The translations under genes and the position numbers were made by a program. A DNA stretch of 63,959 nucleotides, the filler included, from Octopus bimaculoides (taxonomy: Eukaryota): assembly GCF_001194135.2 (NCBI RefSeq). It is 4 parts of 4 records of this genome, joined end to end, with 100 filler letters (N's around TTAATTAATTAA, not from the genome) between each part and the next. Parts side by side here need not be neighbours in the genome. Positions count along the whole stretch, not along the records: positions 1 to 29,784 come from NC_068995.1; 3 more parts are not named here. The stretch is one strand, 5' to 3'. Shown one piece after another: positions 1 to 11,491 of this stretch. How positions within the stretch are numbered: the stretch's first letter is position 1; the number at the start of each line of letters is the position of its first letter. The notes under the pieces were generated by a model. That model was not told the DNA's origin. It did no database searches and saw only the letters and a list, made by a program, of their open reading frames with translations.

Positions 1-200
1 GGTGTGGTGGTGGTGGTGGTGGTTGTGGTGGTTGTGGTTGTGGTGGTGGTGGTGGTGGTGTTGGTGATAATGATGATGATGATAATAATGGTGGGAAAGA
101 TGATGATGACAACGATGGTGGGTAGTGATGATGACGATGATGAAGATGATGATATACAATGATAATGATGATGGTGACGATGATGACAGCGATGGCGATG
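1..200. repeat. (GGT)n grading into (GAT)n trinucleotide microsatellite
   Basis: Directly visible degenerate GGT and GAT runs; the 125-313 ORF is its translation. Confidence 0.95.
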
Positions 201-391
201 GTGCTAAGCATGCATTAGCTGGTTACTTTCTTTGCATGAAAAGCGCATCTTTCAATGCAAAAATTCACCATTCACACATTTTCGTAATCGTAAACAAGTG
301 CAACAACAGCTAAAAGTACATACGTGAATTCATAAATCTGATTTGAGAAGCTATAGATTTAGAATACAGCTGCCAATAGATACATGCTCTC

Positions 392-458
<67 letters not shown>

Positions 459-959
459 CTCTCTCTCTCTCTCTCTCTCACTGATAGTGAAAGATATGTT
501 GATATCTGCAAAACATCTGACCTCTGTAATAGTACATGTATATGTATAAGAATGCAGGATTACATGTAAAGCAATTCATATGAACATGCACATATATGTG
601 TGTGGGGTGGGGTGTGCGTGTAAAGAGATATTAACACCATTCACAATAAATTCCTGATATATTAGACATATCTTTCGCTTTGACAGATGGTAAACAAATG
701 CTTGGTAATAATAACGACAGACACTAAATTGAGAAAGAGAGCTAATCTTAAGAATCAGCAATTCTCTGCAATTGATATGTCATTAAATAAATGGCAATCT
801 ACTTTATCAAGAAATAGAAGAACAGCTGCTGAAACATGTTTCTGCTTCTATAAGTGTCATCAGAACAGTTGCCCTACATTGAATTCTGCGGGTATGAGGT
901 TTAGACACCCAGATAAAAATAATAGAGAATATTTATGATCAACAGTAATTTATGCATAT

Positions 960-1170
960 ATATATCGGACGCTGACGAAGGGAAATAACCCTGAAACCCG
1001 GGTCCGTTCGTGCTACAGATCAAGATGAGAGGGATAACTTCTCTTGGCAAAACAAACAGGACACAGTAGTGTGTCGATAAGCCAGCTGGAGGAGATGTCC
1101 TCCTGGGGCTAAAAGCAACAGTAACATCCACCCCTAGGGGTCAGCCACACTTAAGTGGCAATATACTTCA
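960..1170 (+). mobile_element. Hammerhead-bearing non-autonomous repeat, probably derived from a Penelope-like terminal repeat
   Basis: Begins in a (TA)n run, carries the hammerhead, continues as a GC-richer multi-hairpin segment and ends at (TA)n and a gap. The element class is inferred. Confidence 0.5.
966..1010 (+). ncRNA. Minimal type I hammerhead ribozyme (dimer type, Penelope/retrozyme-like)
   Basis: Stem I CGGACG 966-971 / CGTTCG 1005-1010 (one G-U); core CTGACGA 972-978; stem II AGGG 979-982 / CCCT 989-992; GAAA 993-996; stem III within palindrome ACCCGGGT 996-1003; GUC cleavage triplet 1002-1004. Confidence 0.85.
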
Positions 1171-1407
1171 CTTTATATATANNNNNNNNNNNNNNNNNNN
1201 NNNNNNNNNNNNNNNNNNNNNNNNNNNNNNNNNNNNNNNNNNNNNNNNNNNNNNNNNNNNNNNNNNNNNNNNNNNNNNNNNNNNNNNNNNNNNNNNNNNN
1301 NNNNNNNNNNNNNNNNNNNNNNNNNNNNNNNNNNNNNNNNNNNNNNNNNNNNNNNNNNNNNNNNNNNNNNNNNNNNNNNNNNNNNNNNNNNNNNNNNNNN
1401 NNNNNNN

Positions 1408-1451
<44 letters not shown>

Positions 1452-1814
1452 TATATGCACACTTATATATGTACCTTTTATTGAAAACTTACTTATAACA
1501 ACAAGTCAGTCAAACAAGGGTATCTGCTAGGCAGGCTAGAATGGCTTAAATCTACATTGACAAATATACTGGCTAGTTTATGTATGGAAATTGGATAAGT
1601 CAATCTTGCTTCTGTTGTTATTAACTCCAGGTCAACTCCGATCAAGCAGACCTATGATCAGATGCATTCCAACTGTGACCATCCTACATGTGTCTTTTCT
1701 TTTCTTTAGAACAGCAGGGTGTGATTTGAGGGAGATTTGGCTATTGTTGTTAGCGGTGCTCAATTGTATTTGTCATTGTTGTAGCTGAGGTTGGTGTTGC
1801 TATAGTTATTCTAC

Positions 1815-1849
<35 letters not shown>

Positions 1850-3149
1850 AGCTGGGGTGGGATAGGTGTTTGAGGGTTAGTTGGTAGGGGGTATGGTGGG
1901 GGTATTGTGGTGGTTGGGTATGGTGGTGGTGGTAGTGGTGGTGGTGACAGTAGTAGTGGTAGTAGTTGTTGGTCATTATAAGCTGGGATGTGGTGTTGAT
2001 GGTGTTGTTGTTGCTGTTGGTGGTGGTGGTACTGTTCAGTTAAAGTTAGATAATCAATTAATTGCTGTCCAGTTGCTAATAAAAGAGGTGGTGGTGGTAG
2101 GTGGTGGTGGTAGGTGGTGGTGGTAGGTGGTNNNNNNNNNNNNNNNNNNNNNNNNNNNNNNNNNNNNNNNNNNNNNNNNNNNNNNNNNNNNNNNNNNNNN
2201 NNNNNNNNNNNNNNNNNNNNNNNNNNNNNNNNNNNNNNNNNNNNNNNNNNNNNNNNNNNNNNNNNNNNNNNNNNNNNNNNNNNNNNNNNNNNNNNNNNNN
2301 NNNNNNNNNNNNNNNNNNNNNNNNNNNNNNNNNNNNNNNNNNNNNNNNNNNNNNNNNNNNNNNNNNNNNNNNNNNNNNNNNNNNNNNNNNNNNNNNNNNN
2401 NNNNNNNNNNNNNNNNNNNNNNNNNNNNNNNNNNNNNNNNNNNNNNNNNNNNNNNNNNNNNNNNNNNNNNNNNNNNNNNNNNNNNNNNNNNNNNNNNNNN
2501 NNNNNNNNNNNNNNNNNNNNNNNNNNNNNNNNNNNNNNNNNNNNNNNNNNNNNNNNNNNNNNNNNNNNNNNNNNNNNNNNNNNNNNNNNNNNNNNNNNNN
2601 NNNNNNNNNNNNNNNNNNNNNNNNNNNNNNNNNNNNNNNNNNNNNNNNNNNNNNNNNNNNNNNATATATATATGTATGTATGTATGTATATGTATATACA
2701 TATGTATGCCTATGTGTATATATATATATATATATATATACATATGTATGCCTATGTATACATATATATGTGCATGTATGTATGTATGGATGGATGTATG
2801 TGTGTGTGTGTATACGTGTGTATGTATGATGTAAATGTTTATGTATTTGATTCAAATACATATACAAATATGAAACATGTTAAAGAAGGTTGCTTTTTTA
2901 ATCAGTTTGGGTTTTTATATTACATCACTGCCACTATTGCATGATCTGGAAGAGAATCAAAGGGAATTGATCAATAAATCAATACATCATTTCATTTGAT
3001 AGTGATTGATTCCATGTTGTTCATATATCATATTTTTATGTATATAAATACAAATATATTATTATCAGTAATAAACATATCATTATTACAGATATATACA
3101 TACATATATATATATCTATATCTTTATATATATATATATATATCTATAT

Positions 3150-3230
<81 letters not shown>

Positions 3231-3377
3231 ATTAAAACAGTAGGGTAAAAAATTGGATATTAATTAATATCAATTTAATACCAGGGAACAAGCACATTGA
3301 AAGAATCAAAGAGATTCAGAAAAAATATCTGAGATCGCAAAGGATTATTGTATATGTATATATATAGGAGACCACTA

Positions 3378-3503
3378 GGTGGACTGTTAATGTGCTAGAA
3401 GAAGATCACATGTAATGCGTCTACTAAGACCAAATTGTTCTCAAAGAAAAATTTAGCAAAGCAACAAAACGTATACGGGCAAGACAAGTGAAAATTACAT
3501 AAA
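3378..3503 (+). repeat. Unclassified interspersed repeat, copy 1 (copy 2 at 15341-15463)
   Basis: GGTGGACTG(T/C)TAATGTGCTAGAAG...GGGCAAGAC(A/C)AGTGAAAATTACATAAA occurs in both places with scattered differences. Confidence 0.75.
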
Positions 3504-4486
3504 TACATATGATGTTATCTGTAGACTGATTTCGAAATTAATATTTCCTACCGAAAATATCTGTTTCTCATCAGTATGAACTGCCAAAGAAATATAATTC
3601 CCAGAATCGTATACTAGTTGTTCCCCACGTAATTATATTTATGTTCTGTTAGTTATATTTTCTGCAGAGATATTTCTGGATTTAGCATGCCAAAACGAAG
3701 ACTTTTGAATCTTACCATAAAAATGTTTCTCTTCGTTATTTAGACCTAATTAATAACTTACAGATGAAATCATGCTGAAGTTTTCTAAAAAGAATGAAAT
3801 AGTACTATACATTATTACCTTTAATTGGAAATGTTAGAAATGTCACTGAGCTACACCATGGATTAAATATGAATAAGAATACAAATACACTCTTTACAAG
3901 TAATGCATAGGAAACAGAGGGTAGAAGTTTCCTGGTGAACTATTTCATGGATTGCTGATCGTTCTTCAGAGAAAATGTACCCTGGTATTTTTCTGTGTAT
4001 GTGTGTGTGTGTGGGGGGGGGGTTAGTGTAATAGACGTAAATGAACATCACCCTCATACCAGCAGTGTTGTCCATTTCCAATTTTCCCTGAAAAGATGTC
4101 TGATAAAGGGAATATATTAGTTTGCTTGAAAAGCAGGTGAATGTTAGTGACAGGAAGAGCATCTAGCCATAGAAAACCTACAACAATAAATTTTGTCTCA
4201 GCCATGCAAATATGGACAAGTGGATATTATGCAATGATGATGGTGATGATGACAATGATGACCCATCTATCCATCCATCCATCCATCTATCCATCCATCC
4301 ATTCATGCACCTATCTATCAATCTGTCTGTCTCTCTCAGTTTCCATCGACCAAATCCACCCACAAGATGTTGATCATCCAGGTCTTATAGTAGAAGACTT
4401 TTGATCAAGGTGCCACACAGCAGGACTGAACCCTGAAACACTCACTTGAAAAGTTTCCTAATTGTATATATTTGTAGTTAAACTCT

Positions 4487-4582
<96 letters not shown>

Positions 4583-5386
4583 GTATATATATGTATGTAT
4601 ATATACACACGTCACACATATATGCACACATACATAAATAAACGTTAATAAATATTTATGCACCACACTGTATGTGTTAGACATTTCGAAATAAATTTAG
4701 ATTAAGTTGGTTACAAATTTTGAGCCTTTTACTGCTGTGAATCATCAAAAACAGATGCGAACATATGTTACAATTCTTATCGTACACGGTAAAATAAGGA
4801 ACATTTTCCTGACATTTTTCACAGTTCGTTGACTATACTCATCAGATGGCTATTTCCTCTCTTTATTCATTCTGTTACAATAAGAAGTTATTCAAATTGT
4901 TATTTAAATAAAATACGAACAAGAAACGACGACGTGTTGCGAGAAGGAATTAGGTAAAACTCTGCAGAAGGAGAATAATGCTTATTTTAATATTTTCTGA
5001 ATCTTTATAGAAATAAGTTCAAAGAAATATTATTATGCCAAAAATAACAGTTCTGATTGGTTGGAAATAGCCAATAAACCCGACAGTCTTGTAATTTTGC
5101 CAGTTCTTTGCTTGTTGGAGTAACAAAGTCTTTTGAGTGTGAAAAACATTTCCATTCACACGAAAATCAAAGTTGTGATGATTGCAACCAAATAATAAGT
5201 TACACAGCCGTTTGTATGCAAGTGACAGTCATTCATGTATCTGTATGTATGTCTGTGTATATCTGTAAGCCTGTGGGGGGGGGAGTGAGAGAGAGAGAGA
5301 GAGAGGTGGGGATTGGGTAAAAGTGAGGAAGACAGATTAAGTCTTTCACTGTTGTATTATACTCTAGAAGTCATCTGCTGGTTTAA

Positions 5387-5610
5387 CCTTTTTAGCATTC
5401 AGATTGCTCTATCAAATGAATTGCATATTTATTCACATTGTCTGGGATTAACCATGCATTATCCCATACTTTCTAGATTCCGATGATGTGATTGTTTATT
5501 TCTAGAATGACATCGTGGGGTAAGTCGGAGAGGTAAGATCTGACCAGTTTTAACATGTGAAATGGAGTAGAATATTTGGATCAGATGCAGCCACTTTTAA
5601 CACTGAAGGG
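5387..5610 (+). mobile_element. piggyBac-type MITE
   Basis: Flanked by TTAA (5383-5386, 5611-5614) with ends CCTTTT...GAAGGG; homologous full copy at 45854-46072 and reverse partial copies near 6200-6321 and 25170-25330. Confidence 0.75.
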
Positions 5611-5820
5611 TTAAACATATACGAAATTCTTCAAAAGCGTTATCATACATCTATCACCAAAGCTCTAATTAAAGAAAGCTATGCATCTTATGTGAACTCT
5701 CACGCTTATAACTTCTCTTAAAACAGAAATCATTTCCCCTCCTGTCAAGACTTCATCATTTAAAGCAACTTTAACTGGAATAATAAACACTCTAGGGCCT
5801 TATTAATGTCAGCCAGTAAT

Positions 5821-5873
<53 letters not shown>

Positions 5874-5875
<2 letters not shown>

Positions 5876-6182
5876 CATCATCATCATTTAGCATCTATTT
5901 TCATGCTGGCATTGGTCAGACGGTTTCCCTGAAACTAGAAAACTGAAAAGCTGTACCAGACCCCGGTCTGGTTTTTGGCTTGATTTCCACAGCTGGATGC
6001 TTTTCTTAATGCCAACCACTCCAAGAGTGTAGTGGGTGCCTTTTATATGTCACAGTTACGGGTACCTTTTACATATCACTGTCACGGGTACCTTTTGCAT
6101 GTGACTGTCACGAGTACCTTTTACATATCACCAGCACTATCCATAACTATGATTTCACTTTGCCTGATGAGTCTTCTCAAGC
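5874..6182 (-). mobile_element. Family B SINE/non-autonomous retroelement with (GAT)n tail, decayed
   Basis: Plus strand reads TCATCATC...TTTCATGCTGGCAT...ACAGCTGGATGC...GCCAACCACTCC, matching other copies; contains an internal approximately 26-bp tandem triplication at 6050-6130. Confidence 0.8.
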
Positions 6183-6323
6183 GAAACAAACTGCCAAAAA
6201 GAAAAGAAACAGTTGCATTATTGAAATCTTGAAGCTACAGGATAATGCATGACTGACTCCAAAACAATGTGGATTAACAAGTATTGTATTTGACAGAGCA
6301 AACTGAATGCTAATGAGTTAAGT

Positions 6324-6458
6324 CTACCAATCAAGCAAGCTATGATAGGATTAGCACTCAGAGCACAAAGAGCCAAAACAAATATCACAAAGCTTTTCGC
6401 TTTGATATTCTTGCAGTTCTGCCAATCCACAAACAGGAATCAGTGTTTCTGTATCAAT
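6324..6458 (-). pseudogene. Candidate exon with a B-box-like C-x2-C-x4-C-x2-C-x3-H motif interrupted by TAA (or a terminal exon ending at 6351)
   Basis: Strong acceptor TTTTTTGTTTTCTGTCATTTCAAG, then IDTETLIPVCGLAELQEYQSEKLCDICFGSLCSEC*SYHSLLDW*. Family assignment rests on motif spacing only. Confidence 0.3.
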
Positions 6459-7052
6459 CTTGAAATGACAGAAAACAAAAAACAAAAAGACCATGAATGT
6501 TGACTGCTGTTAGAATTGAACTCAAGTTGTAGTGATTCAGAATAAATACCAGAAAAAGCATGCTGACAATGCTCTACAAACTCCACTAATTGATGACTTA
6601 TTAAGAGTACAATGACTTATCATTATTACTTACTCAGAATTTTATTGTAAATTTCTTATTAATTGCATCGATATTATAAATTTAATTAATGCTTTAATTT
6701 AAATCAAGCGCAACTAACATTACAAAGATTTTATTTAACTGGCGTAAATTAATTAAGTTTTGTAAATTACTTGTTTTCGTCTTCCTAATGCCTGCAAATC
6801 ATTAATAATTGGTGAAATTGAGGCAAAACAAGGAATTTTTAAATTAAAATATTTTAAGATTAAAATTAAATTTAAAATGCCACTAAGGGACAAGCTCAAC
6901 TGGTTATGGTCAAGCAACTGACAATCAAATCTGTGGTATTCAGCGAAATATTTGCTGTAGCCCATCTTTTATGCTAAGACAAAACATGATAACACTTCCA
7001 GTCAGTTAAGATGAGAAACCATGAAAGCCACTGCTTGGTACTGCATCAGGGC

Positions 7053-7055
<3 letters not shown>

Positions 7056-7127
<72 letters not shown>
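7056..7127. repeat. (TAT)n microsatellite
   Basis: Perfect TAT run. Confidence 0.95.
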
Positions 7128-8198
7128 GTTTCAGTGTTAAAGAATGGAAAAAAGAAAAAAATGAAAATGCAAAATTTGAAAGAAGGCAGAATTTGGAAGC
7201 AAATCTTCAGATGCATGCTGGAGTACCTATGAGGAACAATTTGGCAAAGCTGAGCATGGACTTATCTGGGCACAAATCTTTTCTTCAACAAGAATTTCCT
7301 CTGCCAATTGCTAATTAATAGAAGCCCTTAAGAATCATGCAATCCACTTTTGATACCTGTTGAAAATACCAAAAAAAAAACCAAACGTTTTGCTATCAAA
7401 TTATTTTCTACTTCATAAATTTTTCAACTTTTCAGAGAAAAAGCCCCAAAAATAAAAAAAAGATATGATTGTGTATTTAAAAATTTTTTTTATATATTTA
7501 TATATTTTTATACTTGAGCTTTCTTTAGAATTTCCGGAATGAAAGGCTGAGTGCTTCATTTATACCAGTTGGCAAAATTCTTAACTAATACCAGAATGAA
7601 AGGTTATATGTACTCTAGCAATTATAGTTAAAATTTTGAAATACATGACTTATTTTGTTTTTTTTTTATCTTGTCTCTTATAAAATATTAAAAATCTCAG
7701 CACAAATATATTTTTATCAGTTTGAAAGATTTCTTCATCAAAGATATAATCAATATGTGTACTTTTCAATTTTTTCCTGGTAATCAGAATTTCATGCTAA
7801 ATAATTAATCATTTTCAAAACCGTATTCTCATAAAATTTGTTTCTACATATTCCAATTAATTTTTTAAAATAATCAAAATTTTGGAGGGACTTTATAAAA
7901 TGATTAAATTTTTCAGTATTCACCTGTTATTTGGAATATAACTTAACCATAAATTCTTTACATAATATGATTTTGAATTTATCTTTACAAGAATTTTCAT
8001 CTAAAACTGTGTGGCAAAATCAATATTGTTTAATTTTGGAATAATTGTTTTATTAAAGCCTTTAACCATACTAATTGTTGCTATTTCTTACTTTTTTCCT
8101 AATTTTATTCGTTTAATCTTGAGCATCAAATGAGAACACCACGTAACCAACAACAAAGCTCTGGAAAGAGCCAACAGTTAGATTATTAAATCGCTGGT

Positions 8199-8317
8199 CA
8201 TGAGACACTGTCTTAGACAGTAAGACATGATCTTACTGTCTAAGATCATGTAACATCATGTAAGATCTTACCTGATCTTACAGTGTTTCATGTAAGATCA
8301 TGAAACACTGTCTTACA
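8199..8317. repeat. Cluster of perfect short inverted repeats
   Basis: 15-bp arms 8211-8225 / 8231-8245 and 13-bp arms 8280-8292 / 8299-8311, all built from the same few words. Confidence 0.85.
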
Positions 8318-8344
8318 TTCTTGCTACATGTAGAATAAGAATTA

Positions 8345-8506
8345 ATGGCTACAGATTTCCAAAAGGCCGATCATTTGTTCATGCCAATTTTTGACATTGA
8401 TACTGATGGGAGAGTATTTGTAACTCAGTACAGAACAAGTATCACAAAGCACTCCAATCGCAGAGAATTTGTAGAGTTTCAGCATGATCTTAGCCATGGC
8501 AATTAA
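8345..8506 (+). CDS. 53-aa ORF resembling one NHL/beta-propeller blade (possibly a relic)
   Basis: [53 protein letters not shown]; [12 protein letters not shown] resembles NHL P.GIAVD..G.IYV. No convincing splice context, and the antisense frame is also open. Confidence 0.15.
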   Translation: MATDFQKADHLFMPIFDIDTDGRVFVTQYRTSITKHSNRREFVEFQHDLSHGN

Positions 8507-8519
8507 AACAAAGCAACGA

Positions 8520-8731
8520 ATACACCCCCCCACACAAACACACAAGCACACACAAACATTCACATGTATACAAACACATGGACACACGGACACACACGCA
8601 CAAACACACACACAAACACAAACACACAAGCACACACAAACACACACACAAACATTCACATGTAAACAAACACATGGACACACACACACATGCACAGGCA
8701 CACACAAACATTCACATGTATACAAACACAT

Positions 8732-8769
<38 letters not shown>

Positions 8770-8860
8770 AAACACAAGCACACACAAACATTCACATGTA
8801 TACAAACATATCGACACACACACACACACATGCACAGGCACATACACACACACAAACACA
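8520..8860. repeat. CA-rich minisatellite
   Basis: The core CACAAACATTCACATGTA(T/A)ACAAACA recurs four times with variable CA spacers. Confidence 0.85.
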
Positions 8861-10080
8861 CACATACTTGCACATGTATGTAAGCACACAAACACATCTA
8901 TTGCAAAACTCACATATACATTACTACAGCTACAAAATCAATTTCCTTTCCAGAAAATCAATTTCCTCTTTGCTGATCCAAAATTACTTTGGCCCACATC
9001 CACTGCTGCTACTATCACCATGTAAACTGCAAGACAGACTGAATATAGACCGGATGGCTAATCTCGAGTGAGTATGCCACGAAATGTCATGCTGAAATCT
9101 AAAATAGATTGGTAGGTAGAAAACTGATCTTCATTTTTACAGACTGCCATGTAGCTTCTATAGCAAAAAGTAGGTGAAAACTGCACCTCTTGGATCCAAG
9201 GCCAGTCTAAATCTAGACATATTTCCCAGAGGGATTAACAGATTCCTTAGAATCATCAAAATAAATACTGGAGTTGATTCGTTTGACTAAAGCAAAATAT
9301 TCAAGGTGGTGCCCCAGCATGGCCACAGTCTAATGACTGAAACAGGTTCAAAGAAATAAAAGTAAAAAGATCATCATCACCATCTTTTAACGTCCTTATT
9401 TTTATGCACTCATGGGTTAGATGGAATTTACCAAAACAGTTTTGTGTTTTTTTTTTATCAGGCAGATAAATACAGTAATATTCTCCTATGGCCAGACATG
9501 TCTTTACAGAAGATTGGAAAGGAAGGCCACTGTTTGTAAGAGAATAATGCTTGTCTTCATCCATCCTATGACATCAAGTGGGGAGAGAGTAATGTATAGA
9601 TATATACACATATATACAACAATACACATTATGGCAGGGACAAAAGAGATGTCAGTCGACTACTATCCATGCAAGATCTATATTCTTTGCCATGCCTGAC
9701 GTTTCTTATGTCCCTGCAGTAAGGCTTCACTTTCACACACGCCAGCTTAATTTAATTCGTCCTTAGTCAGAAGACACCTATTGTTTGCATTTGTATTTGT
9801 GTACCATTTCTCCATTTTTTTTCTGTCCTTGTTTTTATGTACATTCGCTGCTTTCTTCCAAGGAATCTAGTGCTTTTAGCTTAGTTTTTCCTTGGGGCTG
9901 GCCAAATTGGAGCAGTCTCGAGTATAACCAGCCAAAGCTGCAAAGATAATCTGGAACTTGACTGACAAAAGAAAACTAAATGACCCATCCTTGTTTTTTC
10001 TTGTCCATTTTGTATCATTTAACTGTCTGGTTGTTTTGTTGTCCCTTTTTTGTATCATCTGTCTGGATGTTTTGCATTTG

Positions 10081-10202
10081 TATTCACTCTGATGAAGCTC
10101 AATGTACTAGATCAGATGTGCTATAAGATGACGAATATTATTCTCATAATTTTCTTTGGAGGCATCAACTGACATTGGTAGCGGAAACGGCTGTAAGTAA
10201 TA
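10081..10202 (+). ncRNA. Type I hammerhead motif with long stem II insertion
   Basis: Stem I TATT(C)ACT 10081-10088 / AGTAATA 10196-10202; core CTGATGA 10089-10095; stem II GCT-CAATGT ... ACATTG-(GT)-AGC; GAAA 10184-10187; C-GGCT-G; GUA triplet 10193-10195. The base of stem II is an A.G opposition. Confidence 0.6.
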
Positions 10203-10266
10203 TTAAAGTTTTGTATTAAAAAATAATTGTCCCATTTTTTGTATTCATGCACATATTTGCAATATA

Positions 10267-10504
10267 CAGTGTGTTCAAAAAGTCTCTCCGCAGTAAGTAT
10301 TTTATTGCAAAATAAATATTTATAAGGTGATATAAAACTACAAAAGAATATCTTAGACTTTACAAGACTTTAAAAAACACTTTATAAGTGGTGTTGAAAG
10401 TGTCATCCTTCATTTTCAATACATAAGTTGACTCTTCTACACATGTTTCAAAATACATCTTGGAGAAAAAAATTCACTGCGGAGAGACATTTTTGAACAA
10501 CCTG
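10267..10504. mobile_element. Tc1/mariner-type MITE (238 bp)
   Basis: TA on both sides (10265-10266, 10505-10506); approximately 29-bp TIRs CAGTGTGTTCAAAAAGTCTCTCCGCAGT and ACTGCGGAGAGACATTTTTGAACAACCTG. Confidence 0.85.
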
Positions 10505-10814
10505 TAGAAGCTATATGGCTACATTACAATTAGTTAAAGTTGAATCTCATTGAAAAATATGAAGAATAAAAAGTAATATACCCAATGATGGGAAACGGCA
10601 GCATAATGCAGATTGTTGTGTTTTTGATGGGGCTTTTATATTTATATTTATTCATTGAAATGCCATTTGCAATGGTATTTGATGGGAAGAATGATCAGCG
10701 CAAACTTTTCATGTATTGCATAGACATTTAACTTTAATAAATCAATATAAACCATCTCTATTTTATGCAATGACTGCTTTTTAGTTTCATTGAAGCACAG
10801 TGGATGGATGTGTG

Positions 10815-11320
<506 letters not shown>

Positions 11321-11434
11321 TATATATTAGTTTATAAATGTGTGTTATGTTTGTATTATAGAAAACAATAGCAGGTGAATGTAGACACAGATGGTAAGCT
11401 ATAGATAAAGATGGAAGCAGAACTGGTGGAAGAA

Positions 11435-11491
<57 letters not shown>

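Noticed and set aside
821-870. Minus-strand CTGATGA...GAAACATGTT
   Set aside because: The base of stem II is mismatched and stem I does not pair; the GAAACATGTTTC palindrome explains the resemblance. At most a heavily decayed relic.
6158-6195. CTGATGA...GCGAAAC hammerhead-like core
   Set aside because: Stem II barely pairs, there is no NUH triplet or stem I, and it lies at the decayed edge of a family B copy.
9634-9717. Minus-strand GAAACGTC with a CTGCAGG pseudo-core
   Set aside because: The core has two non-compensatory changes; the segment is simply one arm of a 22-bp imperfect inverted repeat (9634-9655 / 9696-9717).
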